This document shows, piece after piece, positions 11,683 to 24,350 of a stretch of 64,000 nucleotides of DNA. The DNA is taken from positions 11,737,896 to 11,801,895 of the forward strand of contig CM119271.1 of the NCBI GenBank assembly GCA_051294375.1. Reading direction: 5' to 3'. Each line of letters starts with the position of its first letter. Position 1 is the stretch's first letter. A program made the translations under genes and the position numbers. The stretch is from Paraspadella gotoi (lineage: Eukaryota > Animalia > Chaetognatha). The notes below the pieces were generated by a model that ran no database searches, was not told where the DNA came from, and saw nothing but the letters and a program-made list of their open reading frames with translations.

Positions 11683-14600
11683 TCAATCGTCTCCGTCCTT
11701 CTTTCCTCCCAAAAAGTCTTGACTCGAGACAGTCGCTTTCCTCATCTTCCTCGGCCCGCCCTCTTCATCGTCGCCGACGAACTTGTCGGCCGTCCTCTTC
11801 CTCATCCCGTCGACCGACTCCTCCTCGTCGGCCCACTCCAGCACCAGCCGTCTCCCCAGCAAGTGGGTGGAGTGACGGAAGGTCTCGAAGGCCCGTTTGG
11901 CGTCCCCTTTGATTGAGAACTCGACAAAGGCGAACCCGCGGTGACGACCTTTGCCGACGACCTTCTTCGGGAGGCGGACGGACTTGAGGTCTCCGAAGCC
12001 TTTGAAGAGCTCCTCGATCTCTTTCTGCTTCGCCTCGAAGGGAATGTTGCGGACAAGGATTTTGGCCGAGGGAGTCTTCGACGCAGCGGCGGCGGCGCCC
12101 GCGGGCCTGGACTTGCCCGGATTCGCCGACGGTCGATTGGATAGTTTCAGCTCGAGAGCGTGACCGTCGAGAGTCTTTCCCTGCAGCGTCTTCAACGCAA
12201 CGGCTGCGTCTGTGCTGCGCCGGAACTGGACGAATCCGTAGCCACGGGACAGGATCTCGCCAGATTTGGAGTCCTTGTGTCGAGCGACGACGGCTTCCAC
12301 GACGGGACCGACGGATTCGAAGAAAGACTTGAGCGCCGCCTCATCCGTTGAGAAGTTGACATTCTTCACGTAAAGGGTGGCACCGGATTCTTCCGTAAGA
12401 GAATCATCACCGATTCTGTCGATGGTGAAAGACGGCAGTTCCTCTTTATTAGCAGCATCCTTTCTCAACGGCGCTCCCGGCACAAAGACATCGACTGGAG
12501 CCCACTCGAGATAAAGCGGGAGATGTTTGAATTTAGAAAAGGCGAGTCTCTTGAAGGCGCGTTTGGCTTCGGCCGCTTCCTGGAACTCGACGATGGCGGT
12601 CACGCCGCTGGGAGGAATCACGAGACGAGCCAAGGTGCCAAAGGGCGAGAAGACATCGGCTATCTCCTCGGTCGACGTTCCCGCGGGAAGATTCTTGGCC
12701 AAGAGGCAGACCTTGCTTCGTTCAATTCGATCCCCGGCGCCGAACGAGTCAAGTTTGATTCCATGAGCGACTAGAAAGTCTCGCGTCTCATTGACGATCT
12801 GCGTCTCGCCCAGCGCCATCCGCACCGCGACGGATTGGCGAGCGTCAGAGTCCAGCACCGCGGATTTGGTGCTGTTGTACTTTTGAGCGACCACGTCGGC
12901 GACGGCGTTGGAGCCGAGGAAGAGAGAGTTCCACGAATTGGATTGGTTGCTGAAAGAGGGAAGTTAAGGATATTGTAATAAATAATATGATAATAAAATT
13001 TATAGTTTTTTTACGGATTATAAATGAATTTAGCTAATACTTACCGTATAATTTTAATTATGATTATTATGCATTACGTTTCCCTAAAAATACAAATAAG
13101 TCATAAATAACTACTTATAAGCTTATTTAATTTTTAAATAATTGTATGTACAGACAACAACAACGACAACAACCCTTCGGTCCCCTCACCTCCTCTTCTT
13201 CAACTCAGCCTCTTTCTTCTTCTGAAACGACGCGTCATCCCCCAACGCTTCCGCCTCCTTCTTAGCCTTGGCCGGCAGCAGATGGAGCATGCGGCCCTGA
13301 AAGACCGTGCCGTCGAGGGCGTTAAAAGCCTTCACGGCGTGCTGGGGCATCATGAAGGTGACGAAGGCGAATCCCTTTGGCCGCTTGGAGGAGACGTCTA
13401 ACGGGAGGTGGGTCTCGACCAAAGGCCCGTGGACGGAGAAGAGGCTCGTCAAGTCTTCCTCTTTGCAGAGGTAAGAGAGATTGCGGACGAAGAGTCGGCC
13501 AGATTCGATCAGAGCCTCGTCGTCTTCGCCCGACAAAGCAGCCGACTTCAACTCCCACGGCGCCGGATCGCGAGAAAACGAGGAAGGGTCTTTCTTAGGC
13601 GCCGGGGTCTTCACCGTCTGTAAAGAGTATCAAAGAAGAGTACAATCATTGGCAGAGGAATACAAGCATGGGCAGAAAGCATACATTCGCAATGCTTGCT
13701 GCGCATTCTGACAATCAATTGTAGAAATCAATATATCAAGACAAATTCACGGGCACAATTCGCATTCATGAATGCCCACCAAAATATTGGCATACATTGA
13801 CATTCGCATACTTTTTACCTCACCTCACATTTTCAACCCAACCAGCCAGTGCACTATTCCCACACCCTTCCTCAACACTGACCCGAGCGAACAACTCGAT
13901 GTATCTCCCATCGATAATGTCCTTGTTCCTGGACATGGCGCTGCGAAGGTCGGCCTTTGACTCGAAGAAGGCATAAGCGATCCCGAGGTTCGTCTTTTTC
14001 CATCTCGCGAAATTGACTTTGGTCACTTTGAGCGGATGAAAGAAAGAGCGGATGCGTTTCTCTTTGGTGTTGAAGGGAAGTCCGCGCATCTTGACGCGAT
14101 AAGTTTCCGCGGGGACGGAGGAAGTGGACGCGTGGCGGTCAACGTCCTCCACGATTCCTTCGTCTTCTTCGTCTTCTTTTTCATCGTCCATTTCATCCTC
14201 GACTTTTTCTTCGACATCGTCTTCATTATCTTTTTTACTTTTCACGATTTTTTCCGCGTCGTCGTCATCGTTGTTGTTATCATCGTCGTCGTCATCGTCA
14301 GAGAAAACGTCGCTTTTCGTCATTTTCGATCTGAGATAATCAGAATCTGATCCGCTAACGACGGTTGAACCCACGAGGGTCGAATCTCCCTTCTCTTCTT
14401 TCTTTCTTTTCTTTTTCTTCTTCTTTTTGCTCTCGCTTTCTTCTAATTTGTCAGGACCCTCGCCAGCATCCCCCGCCGCTCCAGCCGTCTTCGTCTTCGT
14501 CGTTATTTCTCCGTCGTCGTTGTCCCAAACCGACTTTCCGGCGCCGACGCGATGAACTCGTAAAAACTCGGCGAATTCCGGATCTTTTTCCAATTCCTTT

Positions 14601-14977
14601 AATTCCTCTTGAATCTTATTTCCTTTCCTCTTCTCCTTGGGTCCTTTCTCTCCCGACTCCGCCTTCCCACTCGCCGCCAGCTTCTCCGTCACCTCCTTGG
14701 CGTACTTGCTCCACGCCCTCGGCTTGAGCGGATCCCCCAGCGCCGCCGCCGGCTGCACGGAGAGTCGCGCCGTTTGAAGAAAGGATTTGTCCAAGAGTTT
14801 GACGGCGCGTTCGGCCTCGACGTCGGTCAAAAAGCCGACAAAGGCGAATTTGCGGAAGACGCCATCTTTGGTGAATTTGAGAGAAACGTCGGTCACCGTC
14901 CCGACCCGAGAGGCAAGATCTCTAAGCGTCTCTTCCCGACAGTCGGCCGGAAGGTTCTTCACGATCACGCGAGACAT
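11683..14977 (-). CDS. RBM19: RNA-binding protein 19 (Mrd1), multi-RRM 40S biogenesis factor
   Basis: MSRVIVKNLP..GVFRKFAFVGF, ESGRLFVRNL, GTVFQGRMLHLLP, AVRMALGETQIV, PLYLEWAP, STHLLGRRLVLEWA; exons 14977-13883, 13617-13190, 12949-11683. Confidence 0.95.
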
Positions 14978-15993
14978 TTGTTTAAAATGTCTGTATTGAA
15001 AAACTGAAATATAAAGCGAAACTGATTAGAATCAAAACGTTTACGCTATTTTACGTAGTAAATCTAAATCTGTGCGATGGTATACATATATATATATAAA
15101 CTGGAACAAGTTGAAGGAAAAAAAAAATCCGACTATAGAGAGAAATAATGATTCATCAAATTAAACGTAAATATATATGTATTTTTTTTTAATATCTATC
15201 TGTTGTTGACTCTTTATTGTTCGTTCTATAAACTATGAATGATAACAAAAAGGGAGACGGAGCTCATCAAAACTCCTTTTTTGTCTCCGCGTCTTGGACA
15301 AACGAGACTTTTCGTTTATAAAGTAGTCAGGGATATAAGCAAAACCGGATTATCGATTTCACATCGGATAACATTTGATTTTAAAACCCTGGACCACATT
15401 CGATTTGTTTATATCTAAACCGGCATGCAGATTTGGTCTCATTTCAACGATAAACGAAAACCCAACGATAAGATAAACTAAATAAGCAAATAGTTTCTCG
15501 CCAAAAAAGTTTTTTTTTTCGAATTTATTATGATTAATTTAATTAAAGAAGAAATCACAATCTCGAGATGAGAAGAGGACGAAAAGTTCCCCTCAAATTC
15601 AAGTTAAGAGAACAAAACAAAACAAAACAAAAAAAAACCCGAAAACAAAACAAAAAAGTTTCAACTTTTCTCGATCCAAAAATTGAGGAGGAAAAAAAAA
15701 GGGGAATAATAAAAAGAGCCGAAACCAAAAAAAAAAAAAAAAAAGAAAAAAAAGTTGTGTGCGTTCGTAAAATGAACAATGCCCCCCCCTCCGCAATGAC
15801 CCCCCCTCTCCGCCGCCCCCCTCCACGATTTTCTTCGCATCAATCGCGCGCGCAAGAAAAAAAAAAAGGCACAAACGAAGTGAATTGTCCCATTTCCTTT
15901 TTTTAAATCCCGCTAGTAATTAAATACATTAAAGAAAAATTTCGTTCGACTCGATCATTTCGCAAACAAAACCAACAACAACAACAACAATCC

Positions 15994-16666
15994 TCACAAG
16001 CGCGGCCGCCCGCGCCCGCCACGCCCACCGCCGCGCGGAGGATAATGATAAAGATTTCTCGGAAATGGCGGAAAAGGTGGCATGGGCGGCCTGAAGGCGG
16101 GCAGGGCGTCTCCGTGAAGGATCTCCTTGATCATCGTCATCGCCTGCAACATTTGCGGCAGAGCGCCGCGAATGGTCACGTAGGAGACGGCGCCGTCTCT
16201 GTTCTCATCCTCGGCGACGCCCGGCGCTGCTTTGTTGTCCGGGACGCGAATGACGACGCCGGTTCGTCTCTCGATCGTTCGTATTTTGATCTTTTGTTTC
16301 CCGAGGACTTTGCCCATTTGCGAAGCTGGAACTAGAACGTCGAGGGCGAGAAAGGGCGGGTCTCCGCCGAAGAATCGCTCCTCGTAGAGCTTCTTGAAGA
16401 TCTGAGCGATGGCGCGGCGTTGTGAGTCGAACGGCGCCGTGATGGCTACAGATTTCTCGCCCGGCGTCGAAGAGGCGTCTCTCGGGGGCGCCGGGACGTC
16501 GCCCAATGGGGAATCGGGAGAGTCCGGCTCGCCGTCTCGCTTCTCTTTCTCGGCGGCGATTTTGATGGTGGCGCAAGTGGAGCGAGTTATTTGACGAACG
16601 GATTCACCCTTTTTGCCTGAAAAGGAACGGAGGATATTGTAATACTGTAATATTGTATTAGTGTGT

Positions 16667-16704
<38 letters not shown>

Positions 16705-18850
16705 TTGATCGTCATGATCGTCGACGTGATACCTATTATGGCGCCGACGGAAGAAGCGGGGACGTAGAGAAAGACGGTGTCGAGCGGCTGAGCGGAAGGA
16801 GGAGCAGGAGGAGGAGGAGGAAAATGATTTTGCATAGGATTGAAAGGGCGGAGTTGTTGTTGTTGTTGCTGTTGTGATTGATTGGCGGGATCAGGGCCGT
16901 TGTAGGGTGGGCTGTTGAAAGGCGGGCCTGATGATAAAGTAAGGAAGGAATCCTCTTTTCAGTTAAGTATTAGAAAATGATTAATTAAAATTTTCAGGAT
17001 TCCAGTTAGACATTAAAAATGTTAAAAACATTGTTAATATTTATTAAACGTACTGTGACCAAACTGAGGCGGCGGGACTTGCGTGTGCTGATGTGGCAAC
17101 ATGGGGGCGTGGCCAAATGAGGACGACGTCGCGGGATCGATGACGCCGGAACCGATCATGGCCGGTTGTCCGATTAAGTGCGCCTGAGCGCCGCCTCCGC
17201 CGCCGCCCCCGCCGACGCCGCCGCGACCCAGCGTCGATCCCTGATAGTTGGCGTAGCCAGACGGGCCGAAGCTCTCGTCCCGATAAGGGCCGTCGTTGGC
17301 CTCGTGGGCCGGAAACTTGGCGGCTTCTTGTTGATGACAGGCGCGGAGAATGTCGGAGATGCGGGACTCGGCCGAGGAAATCGCCTCCAAGGAGCCTGGG
17401 AAGGGAAATCTTCTTAATAGCTAAATACGAACCAAAATTAAAGATATTAGTCTGTTCAATTTATTATATTTTATTCTTATTCCATAATTTTTACAATTTA
17501 TTACAAATTAGATTAACGCAGTTAACCAGAGCTCGATAAGTTTACCACTGAAAAGGTATCAAGAAAGGCATGTCGGTTATACTGCTAAATGCAAATTATA
17601 TTTTAGCATCACGTCATCTATTTTTGTCATTGACATTCCCACTGTCAAAACCAGACCCGTGACGATGATGGTCCGTTCTGGATTTTCTGCGTTGATGTCA
17701 AAGACGTTGGAGACTGTGATCTTGGCTCCCGTCTTGTCCTTGATCTCGTTGACCTTCTTTCCCTGTTTGCCGATGATGCGGCCGACGAGGGCGTTGGGCG
17801 CCAACATCTTCAACGCCGTCTCCATCACCGGCATTTGAGGGACGAAACCGTTAATGAAATTGAAGCCGCACTCGAGGCGATTCTGGCGGATCTTCTTGAA
17901 CTCCCCGTCCATCACCTGAGAGAGAGAGAGAGAAAACGCTATCAACAATAATTTGATCCTTCTCCCCTCCCCAATTTTTATACAATATACAGACCTCCAA
18001 AATCTTCTTGCAGGCGGTCGTGATGCTGTCTCCCTCTTTGCCGAAGATGCTGATGACCTTCTCCGAGGTGGCGGGGGCGCCGGAAAGTCCCGGCAAGATG
18101 GCGTTGGCGGTCGCCGTCTGATTTCCGGCGTCGGTGTCGTAGTTACGGTGGACGTCGACGCGCGCGCGCGACGCCTTCGTGATTTCGCGAATCGTGGCGC
18201 CCCCTCGTCCTGGAGAAGAAGGAATCACGAGGGGGGGGGTGACTAAGACTGTGATATGACCGTTCAAATAAAGGCCAAGCCCAAATATCGAGACCACGCC
18301 AGTCGCCCACTTACCAAAGCCACATTTTAGAGGCCAAGCCCAATTTTAAAGGCTATTAAGTGCAACGCTGAAATATCAAGGCCAGGCCCAATTTTAAAAG
18401 CCTCGCTCAATTCTGAAGCTCACGCCCCACGCTCGGCTATCAAGGCCTAGCTCAAGTATAAACGCTTCGCCCAATCTTAAAAGTCTATTATCTTTTAAGG
18501 CCAGACCCCATTTTTAAAGGCCACGCCAAATTTTAAAAGGCCACGATCTTCAAGGCCACGCCCATTTAAAAAGTTGTTACTTTATTTCCCGCCATGAACT
18601 GACCGATAATAGCGCCGACCATGTCGCTGGGTACGAGCATCTTCAACGGAGGATTCGCGGCTTTGACATTCAACTGAAAATTGTTGGGAAATCGATAAGG
18701 ATCCGCCTGATGATAGAAGTCATTGGGACCGCGGTTTCCGCCCATCATCCCGCCGCCGCCGCCGACCGTCGTGGCGTGGTATTTGTCTTGATTAACGTAA
18801 AAGTTGGGTTTGTTGAAACTTTGGGACATGGCGTCGGCTCGGTAGGACAT
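15994..18850 (-). CDS. IGF2BP: IGF2BP/IMP-family KH-domain mRNA-binding protein (4 KH, RGG tail)
   Basis: PLKMLVPSDMVGAIIG|RGGATIREITKASRARVDVHR, LKMLAPNALVGRIIGKQG..NPERTIIV, LYVPASSVGAIIG, AQIFKKLYEERFF; about 6 exons. Confidence 0.85.
18270..18563. repeat. Degenerate minisatellite (AGGCCA(A/C)GCCCA..TTTTAA units) in an IGF2BP intron
   Basis: Recurrent GGCCAAGCCCA/GGCCACGCC words. Confidence 0.7.
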
Positions 18851-19647
18851 GTTGTTGGAACGAGTAAAACTCGCCTCTACTGGCATAACTACGAACACGC
18901 GCTCGCAAAAGAGAGAGAGAGAGAAAAATTAGGGTTGGTGTGGGTTGTGTGTGTGAGGGCGCGGATAAGGAGAGAACTGTGCGAGGACTGAGGACTGAGG
19001 ACACCTTGGAACGCGAAATTCACCGTGTCTTTTTTTCTTTTTTCTTTTTTCTTTTTTTTTGGATGCGGATTCGCGGATTTATTGACCAGAGGCACACTGC
19101 ACTGTGGAGAGAGGATGACTGGGAAAGAAGTTTGACTAGCGACGAAGTTGACGAAGGCTTGGCGGGAATTTTTTTTATCTAGACTTAGAGTCCTTTTTTT
19201 TAAAAGACTTTTTTTCGCAGTTACGAAGTCCAGGGATTGAAAATAATGAAAGTCTTTGTTATATAAGGCAACTACGGTGATTGTGTCCGGAAAGAGAGGT
19301 AGACAAAGGAAAAAGGAGGCTGAAGAGAACGAGGAGAAAAAGGGAAAAGGAAAAAAGAGGAAAAAGGGGGAAAAAACGGCTTCTCCGCGAAAAAGCACCT
19401 CAACGAAAAAAAGGGAAAATATGACGAATTAAAACAATTTTTATTTACCAATTTAATAACAATTCGTATTTTACTGGGTACATATATATTTTTTTTCCAC
19501 CAAAAAACTTTACAACAATAAGAATCAAAGGATTTTAATTTGCCGATGGTCAACTCTATTTGAAATAGAATGACTCAAATGTCCCTCGACCCAAAATATG
19601 ACTAGTGAAATTATATCGTCGTTCTTTTAACTCCCCCATCTCTCTTT

Positions 19648-20580
19648 TCATTTCGTCTTCGCCGCCTTAAAATTATCCTTCTCTCTCCTCAACGCGGCCA
19701 TCGTCGCCACTGGATCTCCCAACGTCTCCGTGTGCGCCTGAACGCTCTCTTCGTTCACTCGCATGAAGGGATTGCATCTTTTCTCATCGAGTATGGTCGA
19801 AGGCGGCGTCGCTTTCTCGGCGTCGCGGCGCTCTTTGGCCCATTCCACTCGCTCCTCCAACGCCGCCGAGTCCGGTTCCACGTGGCGGGCGAAGGCCAGA
19901 TTGGCGAGAGTGTATTCGTGGCCGCAGTAGACGCGCGTGGCGTCGGGAAGACGCCCCAAGACGTTGACGAGGGCGTGGTGCATCTGTTCGCCGGTGCCTT
20001 CGAAGAATTTTCCGCAGCCGGAAATGAAGAGAGTGTCGCCGGTAAAGACGGCGCCGTTTTCATCGTCGGCGTCGGTCACGTGATAACAAATATGACCGGA
20101 AGTGTGACAGGGCGTGAAGAGGCATCTCACGCGGAGGCCGCCGATCTTTAACTCGTCATTGTGGGTCTTTTTGTGGGTAAGAGCCCCGATGCGGTCGTCG
20201 CCGCCCACGACCGTCAAGGGTGCCGAGCCCTGCGCCTTCATCTTCTCCACGAGCTTTTCGTTTCCGCCGGCGTGGTCCCAATGGTGGTGAGTGGTCAAGA
20301 CCGTCGTCAGAGTGACGCCCTCTTCTCGAACGGCGTCCAGCACCGGCTGCGGCTCCACGGGGTCGACGACGGCGGCGACGCGCGAACTCTCGTCCACCAC
20401 GAGGTACATGTAGTTGTCGCCGAGTGCGGGAAGGAGACGGACCTTCATGTTCGGAGGATGATGAAGTGTGGCCGGTTGGGAGTGAAAGAGTGGAGCGGTG
20501 GAAAGAAGTGACGGGCGAGCTTGGTAGCGAAAGTACAGCTCCACCAAACGCTGAGGAACTGGAATTCCAAAGAAAGTCAT
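19648..20580 (-). CDS. HAGH: Hydroxyacylglutathione hydrolase (glyoxalase II), intronless, with N-terminal extension
   Basis: [56 protein letters not shown]. Confidence 0.97.
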   Translation of the reverse strand: MTFFGIPVPQRLVELYFRYQARPSLLSTAPLFHSQPATLHHPPNMKVRLLPALGDNYMYLVVDESSRVAAVVDPVEPQPVLDAVREEGVTLTTVLTTHHHWDHAGGNEKLVEKMKAQGSAPLTVVGGDDRIGALTHKKTHNDELKIGGLRVRCLFTPCHTSGHICYHVTDADDENGAVFTGDTLFISGCGKFFEGTGEQMHHALVNVLGRLPDATRVYCGHEYTLANLAFARHVEPDSAALEERVEWAKERRDAEKATPPSTILDEKRCNPFMRVNEESVQAHTETLGDPVATMAALRREKDNFKAAKTK

Positions 20581-20903
20581 TGACTACTACGCGTTGAAAA
20601 GCGTGAAACGCTAGAGTTCATTTCGATTTTCACTATGAGTCGGGATTAACGGAAGATGAGAATTATTATTTATTAGCATTGAAACAAATTGACTAGCTCG
20701 TGCTGGACGGATGCAATCATTAAGGACTCATAGCAAACGGCGGTGAACGCAAATATGTAGGCATCTCATTGAGATTTTTACTTTGTGAATTTCTTTTTTC
20801 CGTCAAGGATTAATCATGAATGAAAACGAAAAACGAAAAACATAAATAACGATAAAAAAGTTTTAGCAAATCGATGCAACATTCTTACATCGAAACAATA
20901 TAT

Positions 20904-21437
20904 CTACAACGCGACGTAGAAAAACCCCGTGGCTCCGATCCAAACTGCCAAGCATATTCCAACGATGCTTGGATAAGATGCTAGATTCCACTCGATCGAT
21001 TTCCCGCCAAATCTAAAACACCAAACGACTTCTTCCCGATCGGCAGCTTCTTCCTCCCCTTTCTCTTTCTTTCGCCGCACCTCTTCCTCGTAGAATCTCA
21101 CGAGATCTGGATCGACGCCACCGGACGATCTCATCGAAGCATCGTAGGTCTTTCGTCCCTCGACCGAGCGGAGCGCCTCGAACGCCTCGCGGATTTCGAG
21201 GAATCGGCGATGGAGTCGAGGGTCTGAAGGGTCGTTGTCCGGGTGACACTTTTTGGCCAGATGGAGGAAGGCGGCGCGAATCTCGCGAGAGGAAACATTT
21301 TCATCGACGCCCAAGACTTGGTAGTGATTCTTGCGGCGAGGGATGGTGGAGGCGGCGTGGGCGAGGCGATGGCTCCATAGGATGGTCGAGATGCGCGACT
21401 CGGATAAAATTGTTTTCGACGAAGAGAGAAAAGTCAT
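20904..21437 (-). CDS. Mitochondrial-type DnaJ (J-domain) protein with C-terminal TM, DNAJC4/DNAJC30-like
   Basis: NHYQVLGV..IRAAFLHLAKKCHPD..F..I.EAFEAL..RKTYD; presequence-like N-terminus; hydrophobic C-terminus. Confidence 0.85.
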   Translation of the reverse strand: MTFLSSSKTILSESRISTILWSHRLAHAASTIPRRKNHYQVLGVDENVSSREIRAAFLHLAKKCHPDNDPSDPRLHRRFLEIREAFEALRSVEGRKTYDASMRSSGGVDPDLVRFYEEEVRRKKEKGEEEAADREEVVWCFRFGGKSIEWNLASYPSIVGICLAVWIGATGFFYVAL

Positions 21438-21803
21438 TTAGATGAATTTGATCGAAAAAGTCGATTTCAGTCCTAACCAAATTAACATTTTTTTCGAGTC
21501 ACATTGTTTTAAATCTGTAAGCGTAACGAGAAAACATTACGAAAAAAAATGTATTTAAAAAAAAATGACTCGGTTTTCGATTTTGGAATAGAAAAAAAAA
21601 ATTCGGTAAAACAATGAACAATAAAAAACACTTATCGCACCAGAGCGGAGAAAAAACGAGTATCACAAAAATAGACCCTCCCCTTAAAAAAGGGAAACGA
21701 TTGTTTTGTTTTTAAAATTCTTTCCATCACCGAGTCACATTTTGACTAAGACGATGACGTGACCCCCAGCCTTCCAAGCATCACAGATGAATGAAACCAA
21801 GCA

Positions 21804-24350
21804 TCACGTGACTATATCCTCGCTGGCGTCTTCATTCGCATCCACCATTGAATACTCGCTGGACTCGCTCGACGGAGAGGTGCTCTGCCCGCGGCCGGAG
21901 AGGCTGTTCGCGGCCACGGCGGCCTTGAGGATCGCCCCGGGTTCCGTGGCGTCGACGGCCTCTTCCATCGCGGACCGGAGCACCTCTTTGGTCGCGTCGT
22001 CGAGTACGGGGGAGTCGCTTTTGGAGGCCACGCCCATTACAACTTTAGCGGGGCCTTCGGCCACGCCCTGTACTTCCGGCTTCGCCTTCTCGTCCGCCTG
22101 ACAATACTCTAGGGTTTCGCTCAACAGAGCGTCGATCTTCTTCAGATTATCGAGTGACTCTTTAGGGACGCCGTCGCTGGATGACATCTTCTCTAAAGTC
22201 GCCGCCATTTTAAAAGAGCACGTCTGAATCAAAGCGGCGACGTCGCCGAGTTTCGCCTCCAAATTATCGGCGCGACCGCGATGCAACGCCAACTCTTCCT
22301 TCAACGCTTTCGTCGGATCCGTCATCTCCTCTTCCCCGGCGTCGTCGTCGCCGCGGAAAGGCTCGACGACGGCGCCTCGAGAGGCCGAGACGGCGCCGGA
22401 TTTCTTCGTCGACGTCACTCCCTCGGAGACGGCGCGATGACGATCCTTTTTGGCGACGTTGACGAAGAGAGAGGATGTCTCGGCGTCGGCCTTGGAGGCG
22501 GCGTCTTCACCCGAAGGTCCGACGAGGCGGGAAAGGGCAGAGGAGACGGAAGCGAGCGGACCAGAATCCGAATGGGCGCCACTAGAGGAATTCTTAGGGG
22601 CCGTTCGAGTCGAAGCATTGGCGCCGCCGCCGCCGCCGCCGCCGCCTTCGAGCGGCGAACCGTGCTTGGTAGTCGGCTGCTGCTTTCCCGCGACCATCGT
22701 CAGGATAGAGTTGGACGACCCCCGGTTCTGATTGGTCGGCGGCGCACCGCTCTGCCGCGCCATCCTCGCCTGCGCCGCACGCTGCTGCTTGACCAGAAGG
22801 TTGGAATAGGAAAAGTTGGAAGGCCGAGGATGCGAAGGATCCCGAAGGCTGAAGGCCTTTTTGATGAACCAAGCGGCGTCACCGACGGCGGGGAATCTCA
22901 TAAGCGCCTTCATGCAAGTCGCGTAGTCGGAAGAAAGAAGAAAGTCTCGAAGAAATTCTAGCATCGCGACGAACATGTAGTCGACGAGTTGAAGGCCGCA
23001 ATCGTCGGCGAAGATCGCGTCCCATATGATCAAGAGATCCTGCAGGGGAAACTCTCGTCCGAAAAGCAAGCGCACCCAGCGGAGGCCGTAGATCTGCGGC
23101 GGAATGTCGAGACGTTCCAAGTGGGCGTGGAGTTCTGGATCGTGAGCGAAGAGAAGATTCTCTTGGATGAATCGAAGCTTCTTGTTGATGGCGGAGGAAC
23201 AGTCGAGCTTTCTCGGCGGTTCCGGTTCTTTGGCTTGAAAAGGCTGAGCGGGAATTCGTTCGTCGGAGGCGGAGGCGGCGACGGGGCTGACGGCGATCGG
23301 GTCTCCGTATTGGAATAGAGGCTCCATGACCTTCATCAAGTCGCAGAACATCGCGTAAGAGTCTGGCTCCAACGCTTTCTCGTCCAGGAGCGTCTCGAGG
23401 ATGGAGGAGACGCCGTTCTCGAGCTCGCGCGCGTGGGCGCAGGTCTGCTGATCGCAGTGGGTGACGAAGATGAGCGGTGCCAAGAGCTCGTGCATTCCCT
23501 GTCGATATTCAGTGGCGGAATGCTCTCTCGCGTAGACGAAGAGGACGTCCTGCATGAGGCGTTGGACCCTCGCAGTTTGGAAGAACTCTATCTCTGGAAA
23601 AGTGCGGATGACGTCTTGCCAAATGACCTGCTTCAACTCGTTGTCGCGGAAATACTGACTCCATGGGGAATCCTCGGCCTGCGACAACGGGTTGTTCAAC
23701 GCCAGGTCCACTTCCTCTTCCGTCTCCGTCCGGGGATTCAGGCTATACTTTCTCTTCAAATCTCTGTAGCGGAGTCGGCCGAGCTTGGTCTCCTCCTCCC
23801 AGGCTGAGAGATCCTCGCCCAGGCTGCCGAGAAAGACTCTCCAGCAGAGGGAGCGAAAGCGGCAGTTGCGCAGATGGCTGCTGGCGGCGTGAGCCCGCAG
23901 CGCCGACCACGTCGACGCGGAGCCGGAGAAGAGACGCTGGAATTCGTCGTTGTACGACGTGGCGAATTTCGAGTTGAAAAACTCGGCGTCGGTGAGCGCC
24001 TCTTGGGTCGAAGTGGACGGCGTGTTGAGGGGAAAGGCTTTCGGCGAAGGAGCCACTTTGGAGGAGGACGTGAAGAAGGCCGTGGACGAGAGGTTGGACT
24101 GATGCTTGGGACTCGCCCAGACGTTGGAGGGCGGATGGCGAAGCGGATGAGGCTTTCCGGGGGGAATGTGTTCCGTGGAAGGAGAAAAGAGAGAGGACAA
24201 AGGTTCGGTGGGGCTGGGCGAGAGTAGCGGGTGGCTCGAGGCTGGAAACGCCCCCGACCCTTTTCTTTCCGATTTCCCGACGCCGGCGGAAAAAGGGTCC
24301 GGCGTGGGGCGGACTTCCTCCGCCGGATCGCCGCCGGAATTTTCGATCAT
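21804..24350 (-). CDS. TBC1D5: TBC1 domain family member 5 (Rab7 GAP), intronless
   Basis: FRSLCWRVFLG, NNPLSQAEDSPWSQYF, QDVIRTFPE, YRQGMHELLAP, IPPQIYGLRWVRLLFGREF. Confidence 0.95.
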   Translation of the reverse strand: MIENSGGDPAEEVRPTPDPFSAGVGKSERKGSGAFPASSHPLLSPSPTEPLSSLFSPSTEHIPPGKPHPLRHPPSNVWASPKHQSNLSSTAFFTSSSKVAPSPKAFPLNTPSTSTQEALTDAEFFNSKFATSYNDEFQRLFSGSASTWSALRAHAASSHLRNCRFRSLCWRVFLGSLGEDLSAWEEETKLGRLRYRDLKRKYSLNPRTETEEEVDLALNNPLSQAEDSPWSQYFRDNELKQVIWQDVIRTFPEIEFFQTARVQRLMQDVLFVYAREHSATEYRQGMHELLAPLIFVTHCDQQTCAHARELENGVSSILETLLDEKALEPDSYAMFCDLMKVMEPLFQYGDPIAVSPVAASASDERIPAQPFQAKEPEPPRKLDCSSAINKKLRFIQENLLFAHDPELHAHLERLDIPPQIYGLRWVRLLFGREFPLQDLLIIWDAIFADDCGLQLVDYMFVAMLEFLRDFLLSSDYATCMKALMRFPAVGDAAWFIKKAFSLRDPSHPRPSNFSYSNLLVKQQRAAQARMARQSGAPPTNQNRGSSNSILTMVAGKQQPTTKHGSPLEGGGGGGGGANASTRTAPKNSSSGAHSDSGPLASVSSALSRLVGPSGEDAASKADAETSSLFVNVAKKDRHRAVSEGVTSTKKSGAVSASRGAVVEPFRGDDDAGEEEMTDPTKALKEELALHRGRADNLEAKLGDVAALIQTCSFKMAATLEKMSSSDGVPKESLDNLKKIDALLSETLEYCQADEKAKPEVQGVAEGPAKVVMGVASKSDSPVLDDATKEVLRSAMEEAVDATEPGAILKAAVAANSLSGRGQSTSPSSESSEYSMVDANEDASEDIVT

